DNA from: a bacterium
Lineage (GTDB): Bacteria > SAR324 > NAC60-12
DNA: 64,000 bases
Assembly (NCBI GenBank): GCA_965205865.1
Contig: CBDBHR010000027.1
Coordinates: forward strand, 1 to 64,000
Reading direction: 5' to 3'
The first letter of the stretch is position 1. Every line of letters starts with the position of its first letter. Positions 52,136-63,749 of the stretch are shown piece after piece. The position numbers and the translations under genes were made by a program. The notes below the pieces were generated by a model. That model made no database searches, had not been told where the DNA came from, and saw only the letters and a list, made by a program, of their open reading frames with translations.

Positions 52136-52901
52136 CCTCTTAATTAGAGAAGGCAACATCTTCACCAGTAAATGTCAAACCCTGGTAAACACCGTCAATT
52201 GCGATGGCGTAATGGGAAGGGGCATCGCACTGGAGTTTCGCATACGTCGTCCTGCAATGTTCGTCCAATACGCAAGACACTGTAAGGCCAAACGTCTGGA
52301 CATCGGAAAGCTATGGATTTACAAACCGCCTCTTTGTGAGCAGGACAAAAGGTGGACGCTTAATTTCCCAACAAAACGGCATTGGAAATATCCATCCAGG
52401 AGAGAATATTTAGAATCAGGGTTGGAGAAATTCGTTGCTACCTACCGAGACCGGCACATTGAGTCAATCGCTTTTCCAACCTTGGGCACGGCTAATGGTG
52501 GTCTTTCCGAAAACGAAGTAATACCTTTGATGAAGAGCCACCTGAAAAAATGCGACGTACCGATAGAAATTTATCGCTACAAAGCCGACGCCATAGACGA
52601 TCTATACCTCGAATTTCGTAAGCGGATGCTGTCAGAAAAAAATGAGGAAGAAATGGCGAAGACCATGAACCTGCGGGTTGATCGGCTGAGGAGAATTCGG
52701 GATGCGGTGCATTCTGATCCGGAAATTAAGTCGCTCAGTCAATTGGCAAGAGTCCAGGGAATCGGATTGAAGTCGCTGGAGAAGTGCTTTCGCTTCGTTA
52801 TGGGAAAACTCAATAACGCTGAAACCGGAATACGAGAACCAGGACCCCGTTACGCAACGAATGATTCATTTGGTGATTCACAACAGACTTTCGTATTTTA
52901 A
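52128..52901 (+). CDS. darG: DarG-like macrodomain antitoxin with C-terminal HhH-like motif
   Basis: TLVNTVNCDGVMGRGIALEF, LNFPTKRHW, SIAFPTLGTANGGL; overlaps the darT stop. Confidence 0.88.
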   Translation: MSNLLIREGNIFTSKCQTLVNTVNCDGVMGRGIALEFRIRRPAMFVQYARHCKAKRLDIGKLWIYKPPLCEQDKRWTLNFPTKRHWKYPSRREYLESGLEKFVATYRDRHIESIAFPTLGTANGGLSENEVIPLMKSHLKKCDVPIEIYRYKADAIDDLYLEFRKRMLSEKNEEEMAKTMNLRVDRLRRIRDAVHSDPEIKSLSQLARVQGIGLKSLEKCFRFVMGKLNNAETGIREPGPRYATNDSFGDSQQTFVF

Positions 52902-52970
52902 TGAAGCGGTATCTGCACACGAGAGAAGGCATTTTCGATTATCTCCCAGAAAAAGAAATCCAAAAGGACG

Positions 52971-54972
52971 CTACACTTCGTACCCGTAGGTTCCCTCGGA
53001 ATGGGTTCTACCCGGGATTTTGGAGATTCCCCGCTCGTTGCGGGTCAGGTACTCCAGTATTTTGAACGAAGTTCTGTGATCATCCGGATGATTGATGGCG
53101 GCAGTGATTTCCTCCAGAGTAAAATAGCGACCGGAATGAGATTGCAGGTATTGCAGGATTTTCGACTGCAGGTCGAGCACTGTACTTGCCGCTTTTTTTC
53201 CTGCTTCCACTCCGGGCTGATGGTAGGCGTTGATTTGAACGAGGGAGGCATAGTATCCCACCGCCCGTTCATACATAGCAATCAAGGCGCCTATGGTAGA
53301 GGCGTTGACTGCGTCGAGGGTGATCGTCATGGATTCCCGGTCGTTGTCATACAAGGCTTCCTCCGTACCCAGTAGGAAATCCTTGCAGGAAATCGCCTGT
53401 AGTGACGGAAGGTTCCACTTCCAAACTTTTTAACGGAAAGCAAGCCTTTTCCCCCTCCCTCCAGGGGAGGGGGATGCTTTTTCCGTCTTTTGAGGGGAGG
53501 GAAATGCTGTTTTCTTCGTCGTTCGAGGGGAGGGGGATGCTTTTTTCACCGTCTTTTGATGGGGAGGGAATTCTTTTTTCACCGTCGTTCGATGAGGAGG
53601 GAATTCTTTCTTCACCGTCGTTCGATGAGGAGGGAATTCTTTTTTCACCGTCGTTCGATGAGGGGGGAATTCTTTTTTCACCGTCGTTCGATGAGGGGGG
53701 AATGCTTTTTTCACCGTCTTTTGAGGGGAGGGGGATTCTTTCTTGGTCCTGGCTTTTTAATGGCGAGCCACCCTTTTCCCCCTCCCCTGACCCCTCCCTC
53801 CAGGGGAGGGGGATTCTTTTTTCACCGTCGTTCGAGGGGAGGGGGATTCTTTCTTGTAAGACTTGGATGAAGGTGACAAAGAAATCCGGCGCTCCCTCCC
53901 TCAACTGTTGAACAAAGGCGTGTTGATCGGTAGAGCCTTTGTTGCCATAAACGGTGATTCCCTGGTGAACGACCTCTCCCGAGAGATTTTTCTCTTTGCC
54001 CAGTGATTCCATGATCAATTGCTGCAAGTAGCGGCTCAAAAAAGCCAGGCGGTCCTTGTAAGGCAGAATCACCATGTTCTTATTTCCTTTTCCCTCTCCG
54101 GCGTAATACCACATCAATGCCAAAAGCGCGGAGGGGTTTTGTCGAACATCGGCTTGTCGGGTGATCTGGTCCATTTTGGCGGCTCCCGTTAGCAAGCCAT
54201 CGATCTCGATGCCTTCCAGGCAGGCGGGCAGTAAACCAACTGCGGAAAACACGGAGGTTCTTCCTCCCACCCAATCCCAGATTGGAAAGACGTCGAGCCA
54301 CCCTTCCGTCAAAGCCTTTTCTTCCAAAGCGCTGCCTGAACCCGTGATGGCGACGGCATGTCCGGCAAATTGCAACCCCGCCCTCCGGTAAGCCGCTTCG
54401 ACCTCCAGCATCCCATTGCGAGTTTCAACGGTTTCGCCTGATTTGGAAATCACCAGGACCAGTGTATCCGACAAGTCGGGTCCGATTTCCGCGAAAAGCA
54501 GGTCCATGCCATCAGGGTCGGTGTTGTCCAGACAATAAAATGCCATTCTGTTTTCCGATACGCCCAACGCTTGATGGATGAATTGCGGGCCCAGGGCAGA
54601 GCCGCCGATTCCCACCAGCAGGATTTTCTGAAAGGACTTGCCCGTTGGAGAATGAAGATTTCCCGCATGTATCTTGCCGGCAAAATTTTTGATTTCAGAG
54701 ATGTTTTTTTCAATCGCCGTTTGAATACGCCGGGAAGGCGCCAGGGTGGGATGACGCAACCAGTAGTGTCCCACCATACGATTTTCATGCGGATTGGCAA
54801 TGCATCCGTTCTCCAACGCATTCATTTTCGCAAAGGCGTTCTGCATGGGAGAGGTCATCTCTTCCAAGTATTGATGCGGAAATTTCATGTGGGAAATGTC
54901 CAGAACAAGACCAACAGAAGGATGGACGCAAAGATAATCCTGATAGCGTTGCCACAGCTCTTGTTTGTTCAT
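52971..54972 (-). CDS. pgi: Glucose-6-phosphate isomerase with about 140-aa repeat insertion and a one-base frameshift near 53377
   Basis: [47 protein letters not shown]. Confidence 0.93.
53428..53847 (-). repeat. In-frame coding minisatellite (33-bp units) plus two hairpin elements within pgi
   Basis: About 9 IPxxSxDGEKx-type units and two IPLPWREG units. Confidence 0.95.
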
Positions 54973-55214
54973 TGCGCTTGCAATTCTCATTTGAAATGAA
55001 AGCGATCGGATTTGAAAAGAGCATGGCACACTCCCGGACAAAATCAAATACAAAGCGCGGCAGAACTCCTCATGCTCTCCAAGATGGAGATTGTGTTTTG
55101 ATGAAGTAGAGGTACTCTTTTTCAAATAAATGCGTATGTTGTGACAGCCTTGCATTCTGTCGTCCGCGTACCAGGATTTACTTTTCTGCCACAAGCGACT
55201 ATAAAATTTCCACC

Positions 55215-55763
55215 ATGTTCGAGAATACCGACATTTCCCTCATTCTACGTGCGTTTCGTTTTGCTGCCCAAAAACACCGGAAGCAACGTCGTAAAGATGG
55301 TGAAACTCCTTATATCAATCACCTGATCGACGTGGCGGAAGTACTGTGGCGTGATGGAAATGCGCGAGACCCTGAAATCATTGTCGCAGGTATTCTGCAT
55401 GATACTCTGGAAGACACGCAATCCACTCCCGAAGAAATTCGAAGTCACTTCGGTGAAAAAATACTGGCATGGGTGCAGGAAGTCTCTGATGATAAGAGCC
55501 TTCCCAAAGAGGAATGCAAGCAATTGCAAATCATGCGCGCCTCCTCTTCCAGCGATGGCGCCAAACATATCAAGATTGCGGATAAGATTTGCAACATTGG
55601 CGATTTACTCCGCAATCCCCCGGCCGATTGGCCTTTGGAACGCATTCAGCAGTATCTCCGATGGAGCAATCAGGTGATGGCAGGTTTACGAGGTTGCAAT
55701 GCGCAGTTGGAATTTGTTTATGACGAAACAATGGAAGCCGTTTCAAAAGAGTACGGACTGTAA
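55215..55763 (+). CDS. Stand-alone (p)ppGpp hydrolase-like HD protein (MESH1/SAH type)
   Basis: [36 protein letters not shown]. Confidence 0.88.
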   Translation: MFENTDISLILRAFRFAAQKHRKQRRKDGETPYINHLIDVAEVLWRDGNARDPEIIVAGILHDTLEDTQSTPEEIRSHFGEKILAWVQEVSDDKSLPKEECKQLQIMRASSSSDGAKHIKIADKICNIGDLLRNPPADWPLERIQQYLRWSNQVMAGLRGCNAQLEFVYDETMEAVSKEYGL

Positions 55764-55770
55764 CAGCAAT

Positions 55771-57987
55771 ATGAAATTCCTCTCCCGGATTCGTTTGATT
55801 GACCGTGTGGGAACCCTCACGATTGTTTCGCTGGTATTCCTCCTGGCGTTCCATTTTCCATGGGAAGCGAGCGGCGAGGGTACGACGCGAACCACAAAGT
55901 ACAATCGCTTGATTCATGAAAAAAGCCCTTATCTCCGGCAGCACCTGGACAATGCCATTTGGTGGTATCCATGGGGAGAAGAAGCTTTCCAGGCAGCCCG
56001 TGAGGAAAACAAGCCGGTTTTTCTCTCGATTGGTTATTCCACCTGCCATTGGTGTCACGTGATGGAGGGTGATTCCTTCGCGGACGAAGCAGTGGCCGCC
56101 ATGCTCAATGAACATTTCATTGCCATCAAGGTCGACCGGGAGGAGCGCCCTGACGTGGATCAGATTTACATGGATATCCTTCTGGCCATGCGTGGACAAG
56201 GAGGGTGGCCCGTTTCCATGTTCCTGACTGTAGAGCGAGTGCCCTTCATGGGCGCAACCTTTATCCCCCGGGAACGATTCATCCCTCTGCTTCGTCAAAT
56301 CGCCACCTTGTGGAAAAATGAGCGCAGCCGTATCGAGGAGATCGGGCTGGGGGTATCGACTTGGCTTGCGCAAGAGGAAAACAGCGGTTTTGCCAATGCG
56401 CCTCTTCCCCATGAAGAAGTATTGCGAAGATATTTCCATCAAATTCAACAAAGTTTTGATTCCCATTATGGGGGATTCGGCCAGCATCCCAAGTTTCCCA
56501 ACGTCATGCAGTTGCGTTTGTTGCTACGCATTTACAAACGGACGAATCATCAGAAAGCCCTGGAGATGGCGCGAAAAACCCTGGATGGCATGGCCAGAGG
56601 AGGGATTCATGACCATTTGGGAGGGGGATTCCACCGCTACTCCACCGATCGAAAATGGCGCATCCCCCACTTTGAGAAAATGCTCTACGACAATGCCTTG
56701 CTGTCCCTCGTCTACTTGGAAGCCTATCAGGTCACTCGAAATGAAGAATACGCTTCTGTGGCAAGACGCACTCTCGACTACGTCCTGCGGGACATGACCC
56801 ATCCCCTGGGAGGATTTTATTCCGCCGAAGATGCCGACAGCGAAAAAACAGAGGGGAAATTCTATGTCTGGACAGAAAAAGAACTCAGGCAGGTTCTCAC
56901 TCCCCGGGAATTTGAACGGATTGCTCGAGTCTATCACGTGACGATTGAAGGAAATTTCAATCCGGAGGCTCGTATTCAAGCAATTGAAGAAAAAGCAGGG
57001 ATGAAATCGGTCAAACAAGCAAACATTCTTTTTGTCGACGTCGATGCCGAACTGCCCGATTTAACGGACCCGTTGCTCCGGCAGGCGCACCAGAAACTGT
57101 TTGAAGTCCGCGCAAAACGGGTGCGTCCTCAATTGGACGACAAAATTCTGAGCGCGTGGAATGGTTTGATGATTTCCGCGATGGCCAAGGGGTATCAAAC
57201 GCTGAGAGAGCAAAAATACCTGGATGCATCCCGCAAAGCAGCCCGCTTTTTGCTCGACAACATGAGAAAGTCGGATGGTTCCCTGCTGCGTCGCTGGAGA
57301 AACGGAGCGGTTGAATACAACGGGTACCTGAATGATTACGCCTACTTGATTCAAGGATTGCTCTCCCTCTATCAAAGCGATTTCGATCAATATTGGTATC
57401 AAAGCGCATTAGAACTCCAGAAGCATCAGGACGCCTTGTTCCGGGATGAAATCAACGGTTCTTACTTCTTCAGCGATGGCAGGGACGCGACTCTCCTCCA
57501 GCGTAAAAAGACCTTTTCCGACAATTCGCTTCCCTCCGGAAACGCGATTGCCGTCTTGAATTTACTTCAGATCGCCGATTTGTCATTGCAGTGGGAATTG
57601 AGAAAAAAAGCCGCTCGCATTATCAGTCATCATGGATTGCAAATGATGGAAAACCCCGTGTTATATTCCCAGATGCTGGTCGGCCTGGATTATCTGCTTG
57701 ATCGTGCCAAGGAAATTGCGCTCATTGGTCCTCCTCAACACGACTCGACCCAACGGATTGTCCAGGCTTTGCATCGTCAGTTCCTTCCTAACAAAGTCCT
57801 GGCCATGGGGCCTCCTGTCGAAGAGGAGCAAGATGCGGACACTACCATTCCACTCCTTTTCAACAAACCGATGTTTCAAGGCGAACCAACCGCCTATGTC
57901 TGTGAAAATAATATTTGTCGACTGCCAACCCATGATCTGAAGAAAATCATACTCCTGGTGAACGAACACAAAGCGTATCCTTTATGA
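55771..57987 (+). CDS. YyaL/DUF255 thioredoxin-domain protein
   Basis: [45 protein letters not shown]. Confidence 0.92.
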   Translation: MKFLSRIRLIDRVGTLTIVSLVFLLAFHFPWEASGEGTTRTTKYNRLIHEKSPYLRQHLDNAIWWYPWGEEAFQAAREENKPVFLSIGYSTCHWCHVMEGDSFADEAVAAMLNEHFIAIKVDREERPDVDQIYMDILLAMRGQGGWPVSMFLTVERVPFMGATFIPRERFIPLLRQIATLWKNERSRIEEIGLGVSTWLAQEENSGFANAPLPHEEVLRRYFHQIQQSFDSHYGGFGQHPKFPNVMQLRLLLRIYKRTNHQKALEMARKTLDGMARGGIHDHLGGGFHRYSTDRKWRIPHFEKMLYDNALLSLVYLEAYQVTRNEEYASVARRTLDYVLRDMTHPLGGFYSAEDADSEKTEGKFYVWTEKELRQVLTPREFERIARVYHVTIEGNFNPEARIQAIEEKAGMKSVKQANILFVDVDAELPDLTDPLLRQAHQKLFEVRAKRVRPQLDDKILSAWNGLMISAMAKGYQTLREQKYLDASRKAARFLLDNMRKSDGSLLRRWRNGAVEYNGYLNDYAYLIQGLLSLYQSDFDQYWYQSALELQKHQDALFRDEINGSYFFSDGRDATLLQRKKTFSDNSLPSGNAIAVLNLLQIADLSLQWELRKKAARIISHHGLQMMENPVLYSQMLVGLDYLLDRAKEIALIGPPQHDSTQRIVQALHRQFLPNKVLAMGPPVEEEQDADTTIPLLFNKPMFQGEPTAYVCENNICRLPTHDLKKIILLVNEHKAYPL

Positions 57988-60833
57988 AAATTGGCAGTTA
58001 CCAGCCAGAAAAGGGCCTGATGGATATTATTTCTTTTTCAAAAAAAGGAGCCTGGAGCAACAGTTTTCGTTTTGAGGACGTCAAGTGTCTGATTGTCTGC
58101 CGGGGGCCGATTCGCAAAGAAGCCCTGGAGGTCTTCGAAGCAATGGGCGTTCAACCTTCCGGCATTCTTTTGTCTGAAAAAGACAGTTTGGTCTATGCCA
58201 AAACCCTGGCACCCGAGTTGCGTTTCATCTCCCCGCGACATGAACGGGTTCATGCTATCACTGATTATACAGGGGGCACTAAAGAAGAACGGGCAGAGCG
58301 TATTCAACAAATCCTGGAAATTTGCCATGAACATCACTACACCCATGTGTTTGCCGGATACGGCTTCATGGCCGAAGATCCGGTATTCATTTCGGCCATT
58401 GAAAAAGCCGGCATCGGATTTATCGGTCCCCATTCGAGTATCGTACAAAAGGCGGGTACAAAGGATGAAGCCAAACGCCTGGGAGTTGAACTGGGAATTT
58501 CCGTTGTTCCCGGAGTGGACAACATCACAGCACTGACTTTGTTGCATAAAGCAAAGGGAAGTCCACAAAGCTATTTTCGAAAATTGATTGATCAACATGG
58601 TCTGAAAGTCGATCTTGATATTGAAAACAAGACGGCGGAACAAATAAGTGAGCAGGTGCTGCAAGCCTCCTATATACGACAAATTGATCTGATTTCCATA
58701 GGAGAGCTCCAGGAGGAAACGGAACGGCAGGTCCGAATGATCTGGGAAAAACAGCCTACCTCCCGCATTCGTTTCAAACACGTCGGCGGTGGCGGTGGCA
58801 AAGGGCAACGCATTATTGCAACCCCGGATCAAGTAGCGGATGCGGTGATGGAAGTCTTGATTGAATCCCAAGCCATCGGGGTGGGAGATAATAAGAATTT
58901 CGTGATTGAACGGAATATCGAAGACACCCGGCACAATGAAATTCAACTCCTGGGAAACGGGGATTGGTGCATCGCCTTGGGAGGTCGGGATTGCTCTCTG
59001 CAAATCCACGAACAAAAACTGCTGGAAACCTCACTCACCGCAGAGCTTCTGCAAGAGGCGGCTCAGACCTGTCAGACCCAGGGTCTGACGCGTCAGGCGG
59101 AGACTTTGATCAACGATATGGAAACTCTGGAAAAGATGTGTAAAGACGCGGAGAGTTTTGGACAAGCTATTCAACTCGATTCAGTCTCGACCTTTGAATG
59201 CATTGTGGATGGCGCCTCGCATTATTTCATGGAAACCAATACTCGCATTCAAGTCGAACACCGGGTGACGGAAATGGCTTATTCCCTCAAATTCGTCAAT
59301 CCGCACGATTCTGAAGAGTTTTTCATTCTCGATTCTCTGGTGGCTGCCATGTTGCTTGTTGCCTGTCATGGTATGCGGGTTCCCAAGCCAGACCGTCTTC
59401 CACGTTACATTTCAGGTGCAGAAGCGAGGATCAACGCCATGAATGCGGCTCTTCAGCCTCATGCCGGTGGGGTTCTGCATTACTGGTCTCCTCCCGTTGA
59501 AGGAGAATTGCGAGACGATCAAGGGATCGGCATTCTCAATCCGGATACGCAATTATTCCAGCACTATCAGCTGGCCGGTGGATATGACGCCAATGTGGCC
59601 CTGGTTGTTTGCGCAGGGCGCTCCCGCTTGGAAAACTTGCGACGATTGGCGGAAAGTCTGCGCCGGATGGAGGTGCGGGGAGAGAATGTCCGGCTCAATA
59701 TTGATTTTCACTATGGCCTGTTGCATTGGCTGATCGGCAATGACGTGATGTCTAAAACCAACACCCGCTTTGTTCTCTCCTACTTGGCGATGACCGGCAA
59801 GTTGGTTGAGATTGTTGCTCCTTTGAATTTAACAATGGCGTGGAAATTTTTACAAAACTCAGTGAGGGAATCGGCAGGGAAAGAGGGACAATCCGAATTG
59901 GACAGTAAATCAAATTTGATTCTACGTCCACTGGGGCGGATGCTGGAAAACGCGCATCTGCTGGTCGGCTGGTTGGCATCCGGTTTCCAAAAGCAGTTTT
60001 TTTATGAAAACAAGCGATTCCATTGGAGAGTAAATCCGTTAAAAATTCTCCACGATCTCTATCATTATTTACGACTTGAAGAACGCCCTCACGTACCGGC
60101 AGCCCATAAGATCTGGCCGGAAGATCAGCAACTGCTCGAGACGGGTTTGGCCTTCTATGAAGAATTGCGGATTCGGCTGGGAGACCCTGAAATGCCCTGG
60201 AGCCGGCTGGAAGCATTGCTCATGCAAAGCAACTCCCCCCCTCAGTTTTCTCCTGCGCCACAGTGGAATGAAATCCGGATGTGCCATCGTGGATTTCAAT
60301 TGGGAATGGATTTGTTGAAACTACCCCTGTTGATTGCCAGGAAAGCGCAGTATTTTGAATTTCGTTCCAATGAAGACCTGACGATAGAGATACCCTCCTC
60401 TTTCAAAGATCTGAAAGAAATCAATCGCCTGATTCAAAACCTGGCCCCCGCTCCTCCAGCCAGCGGATATGAAATTTTCGGTTGGACCGGAGGAACCTTT
60501 TATACGAAAGAAACACCAAATGCGCCCCCTTATGTTCAGGCAGGCGACCATTTTGAGAAAGGTGACACTCTGGGAATTCTGGAAGTGATGAAAATGTTCA
60601 ATCCGATCATTGCTGAATTTTCAGGAACAATCAAAAAGGTCGTTGTGGATGGAAACAACGGGGTTGTCGTTCGCCGGGGACAAGTGCTTTTTGAAGTCGA
60701 GCCCGATGCCCCCCCTACCCATACCTCTGCGGAAGAGATCAGAACCCGGCAATTACGCCATACGCGACATTTGATGGCATGCTTGATCCCCTCCCCGCAA
60801 TCAGCCAATACATATAAAAAGCGCCAGCATTGA
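57984..60833 (+). CDS. Biotin carboxylase fused to a biotinyl-carrier domain (acyl-CoA carboxylase alpha-like)
   Basis: [48 protein letters not shown]. Confidence 0.88.
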   Translation: MKIGSYQPEKGLMDIISFSKKGAWSNSFRFEDVKCLIVCRGPIRKEALEVFEAMGVQPSGILLSEKDSLVYAKTLAPELRFISPRHERVHAITDYTGGTKEERAERIQQILEICHEHHYTHVFAGYGFMAEDPVFISAIEKAGIGFIGPHSSIVQKAGTKDEAKRLGVELGISVVPGVDNITALTLLHKAKGSPQSYFRKLIDQHGLKVDLDIENKTAEQISEQVLQASYIRQIDLISIGELQEETERQVRMIWEKQPTSRIRFKHVGGGGGKGQRIIATPDQVADAVMEVLIESQAIGVGDNKNFVIERNIEDTRHNEIQLLGNGDWCIALGGRDCSLQIHEQKLLETSLTAELLQEAAQTCQTQGLTRQAETLINDMETLEKMCKDAESFGQAIQLDSVSTFECIVDGASHYFMETNTRIQVEHRVTEMAYSLKFVNPHDSEEFFILDSLVAAMLLVACHGMRVPKPDRLPRYISGAEARINAMNAALQPHAGGVLHYWSPPVEGELRDDQGIGILNPDTQLFQHYQLAGGYDANVALVVCAGRSRLENLRRLAESLRRMEVRGENVRLNIDFHYGLLHWLIGNDVMSKTNTRFVLSYLAMTGKLVEIVAPLNLTMAWKFLQNSVRESAGKEGQSELDSKSNLILRPLGRMLENAHLLVGWLASGFQKQFFYENKRFHWRVNPLKILHDLYHYLRLEERPHVPAAHKIWPEDQQLLETGLAFYEELRIRLGDPEMPWSRLEALLMQSNSPPQFSPAPQWNEIRMCHRGFQLGMDLLKLPLLIARKAQYFEFRSNEDLTIEIPSSFKDLKEINRLIQNLAPAPPASGYEIFGWTGGTFYTKETPNAPPYVQAGDHFEKGDTLGILEVMKMFNPIIAEFSGTIKKVVVDGNNGVVVRRGQVLFEVEPDAPPTHTSAEEIRTRQLRHTRHLMACLIPSPQSANTYKKRQH

Positions 60834-61069
60834 ATGCATTCTTTCTCTCCCGGACAATCAGATAAACCGGCTTTCAAAGAGAAAACCGGTTGGGAACTTG
60901 CAATCCGTAGTCAGGTGATTCAAATTTATTTTATAAAATCGCCAATTTTAATGAATTTATAATATTTTGACCTCGAATTCAAATATATAATCTCTATCTC
61001 AATTTTTTTGTGAGAAGTTGCAGTGGAAAATTTATTTTGCTCCCAATAAATGAAAATTCAAGATAAGAG

Positions 61070-61098
61070 TTGACACTATGATCAAGAACATCTATAAA
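61070..61098 (+). promoter_or_regulatory. Putative sigma70 promoter of ilvBN
   Basis: TTGACA-N17-TATAAA. Confidence 0.6.
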
Positions 61099-61171
61099 TA
61101 ACACCTGTTTTTCAAAGAATATTTTTCAGTCATAGAAGGTCCAGAAAAAGGGCTCTGATAGAAAGGGGAAA

Positions 61172-62884
61172 ATGATGAATGGTTCGGAGGTAGTAATCGA
61201 AGCACTGGAACGGGCAGGCGTGGAATATGTGTTTGGTTATCCCGGTGGGGCTTGCATGCCGATATTTGATGCCTTGTTTGATTCAAAAAAGTTGAAGTTG
61301 ATTTTGGTGCGCCATGAACAGGGAGCGGCGCATATGGCTGATGGCTATGCCCGGGCCACCGGCAAGCCCGGGGTTGTATTGGTGACTTCCGGACCCGGGG
61401 CGACCAATACGGTCACGGGGCTATTAACGGCTCAAATGGACTCGTCTCCGATTCTGGTATTGACAGGGCAGACCTTGACTCCGAACCTGGGCAAAGATGC
61501 TTTTCAGGAAGGAGATATTTTCGGTATCACCATGCCGGTAGTGAAGCACAGTTATCTGGTTAAGCAAGTCAATGATCTTCCCCGAATTATGACCGAAGCG
61601 TTTTATATCACATCCACAGGTCGTCCTGGTCCGGTACTGGTCGATTTACCCAAAGACGTGGTCAGTGCCGAATGCGCAACCACCTTCCCCAACGAATTGG
61701 ATCTTCCTGGCTATGCTGGCGATCCTAAGCTCCAATTCAGTGTGGAGCAGGTGAAAAAGGCGGCGAAATTGTTGAACGAATCCAAACGTCCTTTGTTGTA
61801 TGTTGGTCATGGGGCCGTCATATCAGGTGCTGGGAAGGCGATTTCAAAGTTGGCAAAAAAACTATGCGCGCCTGTGACAACGACCTTGTTGGGAAAAGGA
61901 TCATTTCCTGAAACAGATGACCTTTCAGTGGGAATGCTGGGCATGCATGGCACTGCTTATGCGAATAAAGCGGTCGTTGACTGTGATTTGATTTTTGCCA
62001 TCGGGGCTCGTTGGGACGACCGCATCACTGGAAAAGTGGATGAATTTTGCCCCGATGCCAAAAAACTGCATATTGACATCGATCCGGCAGAATTTGGCAA
62101 AATTGTTCAACCCGACGTGTCAATTCAGGGAGACGCTCGAATTGTTGTCGAAGAGTTATGCAAGCATGTCAAAAGACTGGACACAAAGCAATGGTTCAAA
62201 CAAATCAACCAGTGGAAAAAACAATATCCCTTGAAATACCCGAAGCGAGGAGGATTACGCGCTCAGCACGTACTCGACGAACTGTATCGTCTCACGGAAG
62301 GGAAAGCCGTCGTCACGACTGATGTCGGGCAGCACCAGATGTGGGCGGCCCAGTTCTACAAATGCTCACGGGAACGTCAATGGATTTCCAGTGGTGGCGC
62401 GGGGACGATGGGATTCGGCTTTCCTGCCGCAATCGGAGCACAGCTCGGAAGACCTGATGAATTGGTATTGGCCATTGTCGGAGATGGGGGGTTCCAAATG
62501 ACTGAGGCCGAACTTGCGACGGCAGCCATCCATAAACTGCCTATCAAAATCCTCATCATCAACAATGCGTATTTGGGTATGGTGCGGCAATGGCAGCAAT
62601 TGTTTTTTGAAAATCGTTTGAGTGGCGTTGATCTGGACGGCAATCCTGATTTTGTCAAGTTGGGTGAAGCATATGGCATCCGGGGATACCACATTCGTCG
62701 TCAGGGGGATGTCACCCGTATTTTAAAAAAAGCGTTGGCGTACAATGAGGGGCCCTGCATCATCGATGCAGTCGTCATGAAAGAAGACAATGTCTACCCC
62801 ATGATTCCGGCAGGGGCGCCGGTCAAAGACATGCTGATCGAAGCACCCGAGTTTCAAATGGAAAAACCAACCGGCAGTACCTGA
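61172..62884 (+). CDS. ilvB: Acetolactate synthase large subunit
   Basis: [31 protein letters not shown]. Confidence 0.96.
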   Translation: MMNGSEVVIEALERAGVEYVFGYPGGACMPIFDALFDSKKLKLILVRHEQGAAHMADGYARATGKPGVVLVTSGPGATNTVTGLLTAQMDSSPILVLTGQTLTPNLGKDAFQEGDIFGITMPVVKHSYLVKQVNDLPRIMTEAFYITSTGRPGPVLVDLPKDVVSAECATTFPNELDLPGYAGDPKLQFSVEQVKKAAKLLNESKRPLLYVGHGAVISGAGKAISKLAKKLCAPVTTTLLGKGSFPETDDLSVGMLGMHGTAYANKAVVDCDLIFAIGARWDDRITGKVDEFCPDAKKLHIDIDPAEFGKIVQPDVSIQGDARIVVEELCKHVKRLDTKQWFKQINQWKKQYPLKYPKRGGLRAQHVLDELYRLTEGKAVVTTDVGQHQMWAAQFYKCSRERQWISSGGAGTMGFGFPAAIGAQLGRPDELVLAIVGDGGFQMTEAELATAAIHKLPIKILIINNAYLGMVRQWQQLFFENRLSGVDLDGNPDFVKLGEAYGIRGYHIRRQGDVTRILKKALAYNEGPCIIDAVVMKEDNVYPMIPAGAPVKDMLIEAPEFQMEKPTGST

Positions 62885-62934
62885 TCCGATGTGAAAAAAA
62901 AGTGATCGTCGTAATGGAAAAATGAGATGAAGCA

Positions 62935-63453
62935 ATGACGAACGAAATAGAGTGGCAAGAAATCCAAGATCCCAAAACCATCAGCATCATGGTCAACAAC
63001 AAACCAGGGGTTTTGATGCGCCTTGCCCAAACATTTGCCAGGCGGGGTTACAACATCGACTCCTTGGTGGTTTCCCGCGCGCACGACCCTCGATTTTCAC
63101 GAATCACCATTGTGACCCAAGGCGATCCGCAGGGTTTCGACCAAATCATCCGGCAATTGAACAAATTGATCGACGTGGTACATGCCTATCACCATGTTTC
63201 AGAGAGTTCCGTAGAGAGAGAATTGGCTTTGTTCAAAATGAGCGCCAACAGCGAAGACCGGGTGGAGGTAATTCAAATCGCAGAGGTTTTCCGGGCAAAA
63301 ATAGTCGACTTCACAGAGGAATCTTTGATTTTGGAAGCCACGGGCACTACCGAGAAGCTCGATGCGCTGGAAAAAATACTCAATCCTATCGGAATAATTG
63401 AAATGGTTCGTTCGGGAAAGGTGATCGTTGCCAGAGGCTTGGAAGCCACTTGA
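62935..63453 (+). CDS. ilvN: Acetolactate synthase small subunit
   Basis: NKPGVLMR..FARRGYNIDSL, QLNKLIDV, ERELAL. Confidence 0.95.
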   Translation: MTNEIEWQEIQDPKTISIMVNNKPGVLMRLAQTFARRGYNIDSLVVSRAHDPRFSRITIVTQGDPQGFDQIIRQLNKLIDVVHAYHHVSESSVERELALFKMSANSEDRVEVIQIAEVFRAKIVDFTEESLILEATGTTEKLDALEKILNPIGIIEMVRSGKVIVARGLEAT

Positions 63454-63505
63454 GAAAAGAAAGAAAGGAAAGCCACAGGTTACTTTCCCATGGCTCTCCC
63501 CACAC

Positions 63506-63748
63506 TCAATCTAAAAAACGATCGAGTAAAAATCGATTGATCACCTCCGACTCCCGCATGGCTTGCCCATCAATTTTGAGAGTAGGTACCTGACGGTCCC
63601 CACAGAGCGCAATCAATTCTTTTTCAAATTGCGGATTTTCACGGATATTTTTCATGGTGATTTGATCTCCAATCTTTAAATTGTTGATGATATTCAAAAC
63701 ACTCTGTGAAAATCCACATTCGTTGTAATAGTACAATTCCAATGGCAT
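63506..63748 (-). CDS. Glutaredoxin-like protein (CGFS)
   Basis: LYYYNECGFS, QVPTLKIDG..MRES. Confidence 0.85.
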   Translation of the reverse strand: MPLELYYYNECGFSQSVLNIINNLKIGDQITMKNIRENPQFEKELIALCGDRQVPTLKIDGQAMRESEVINRFLLDRFLD

Positions 63749-63749
63749 T

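Noticed and set aside
53460-53740. 33-bp repeats as CRISPR or a separate repeat-protein gene (ORFs 53402+, 53430-, 53490+)
   Set aside because: Contiguous degenerate units inside the pgi frame; the alternative ORFs are by-products of stop-free repeats
54973-55194. 74-aa N-terminal extension of Pgi in the ORF track
   Set aside because: Pgi-like sequence begins at [10 protein letters not shown] (54972); the extension occupies the divergent intergenic region
60967-60991. TTGACC..TATAAT promoter
   Set aside because: Spacer is only 13 bp; a better match lies at 61070-61098
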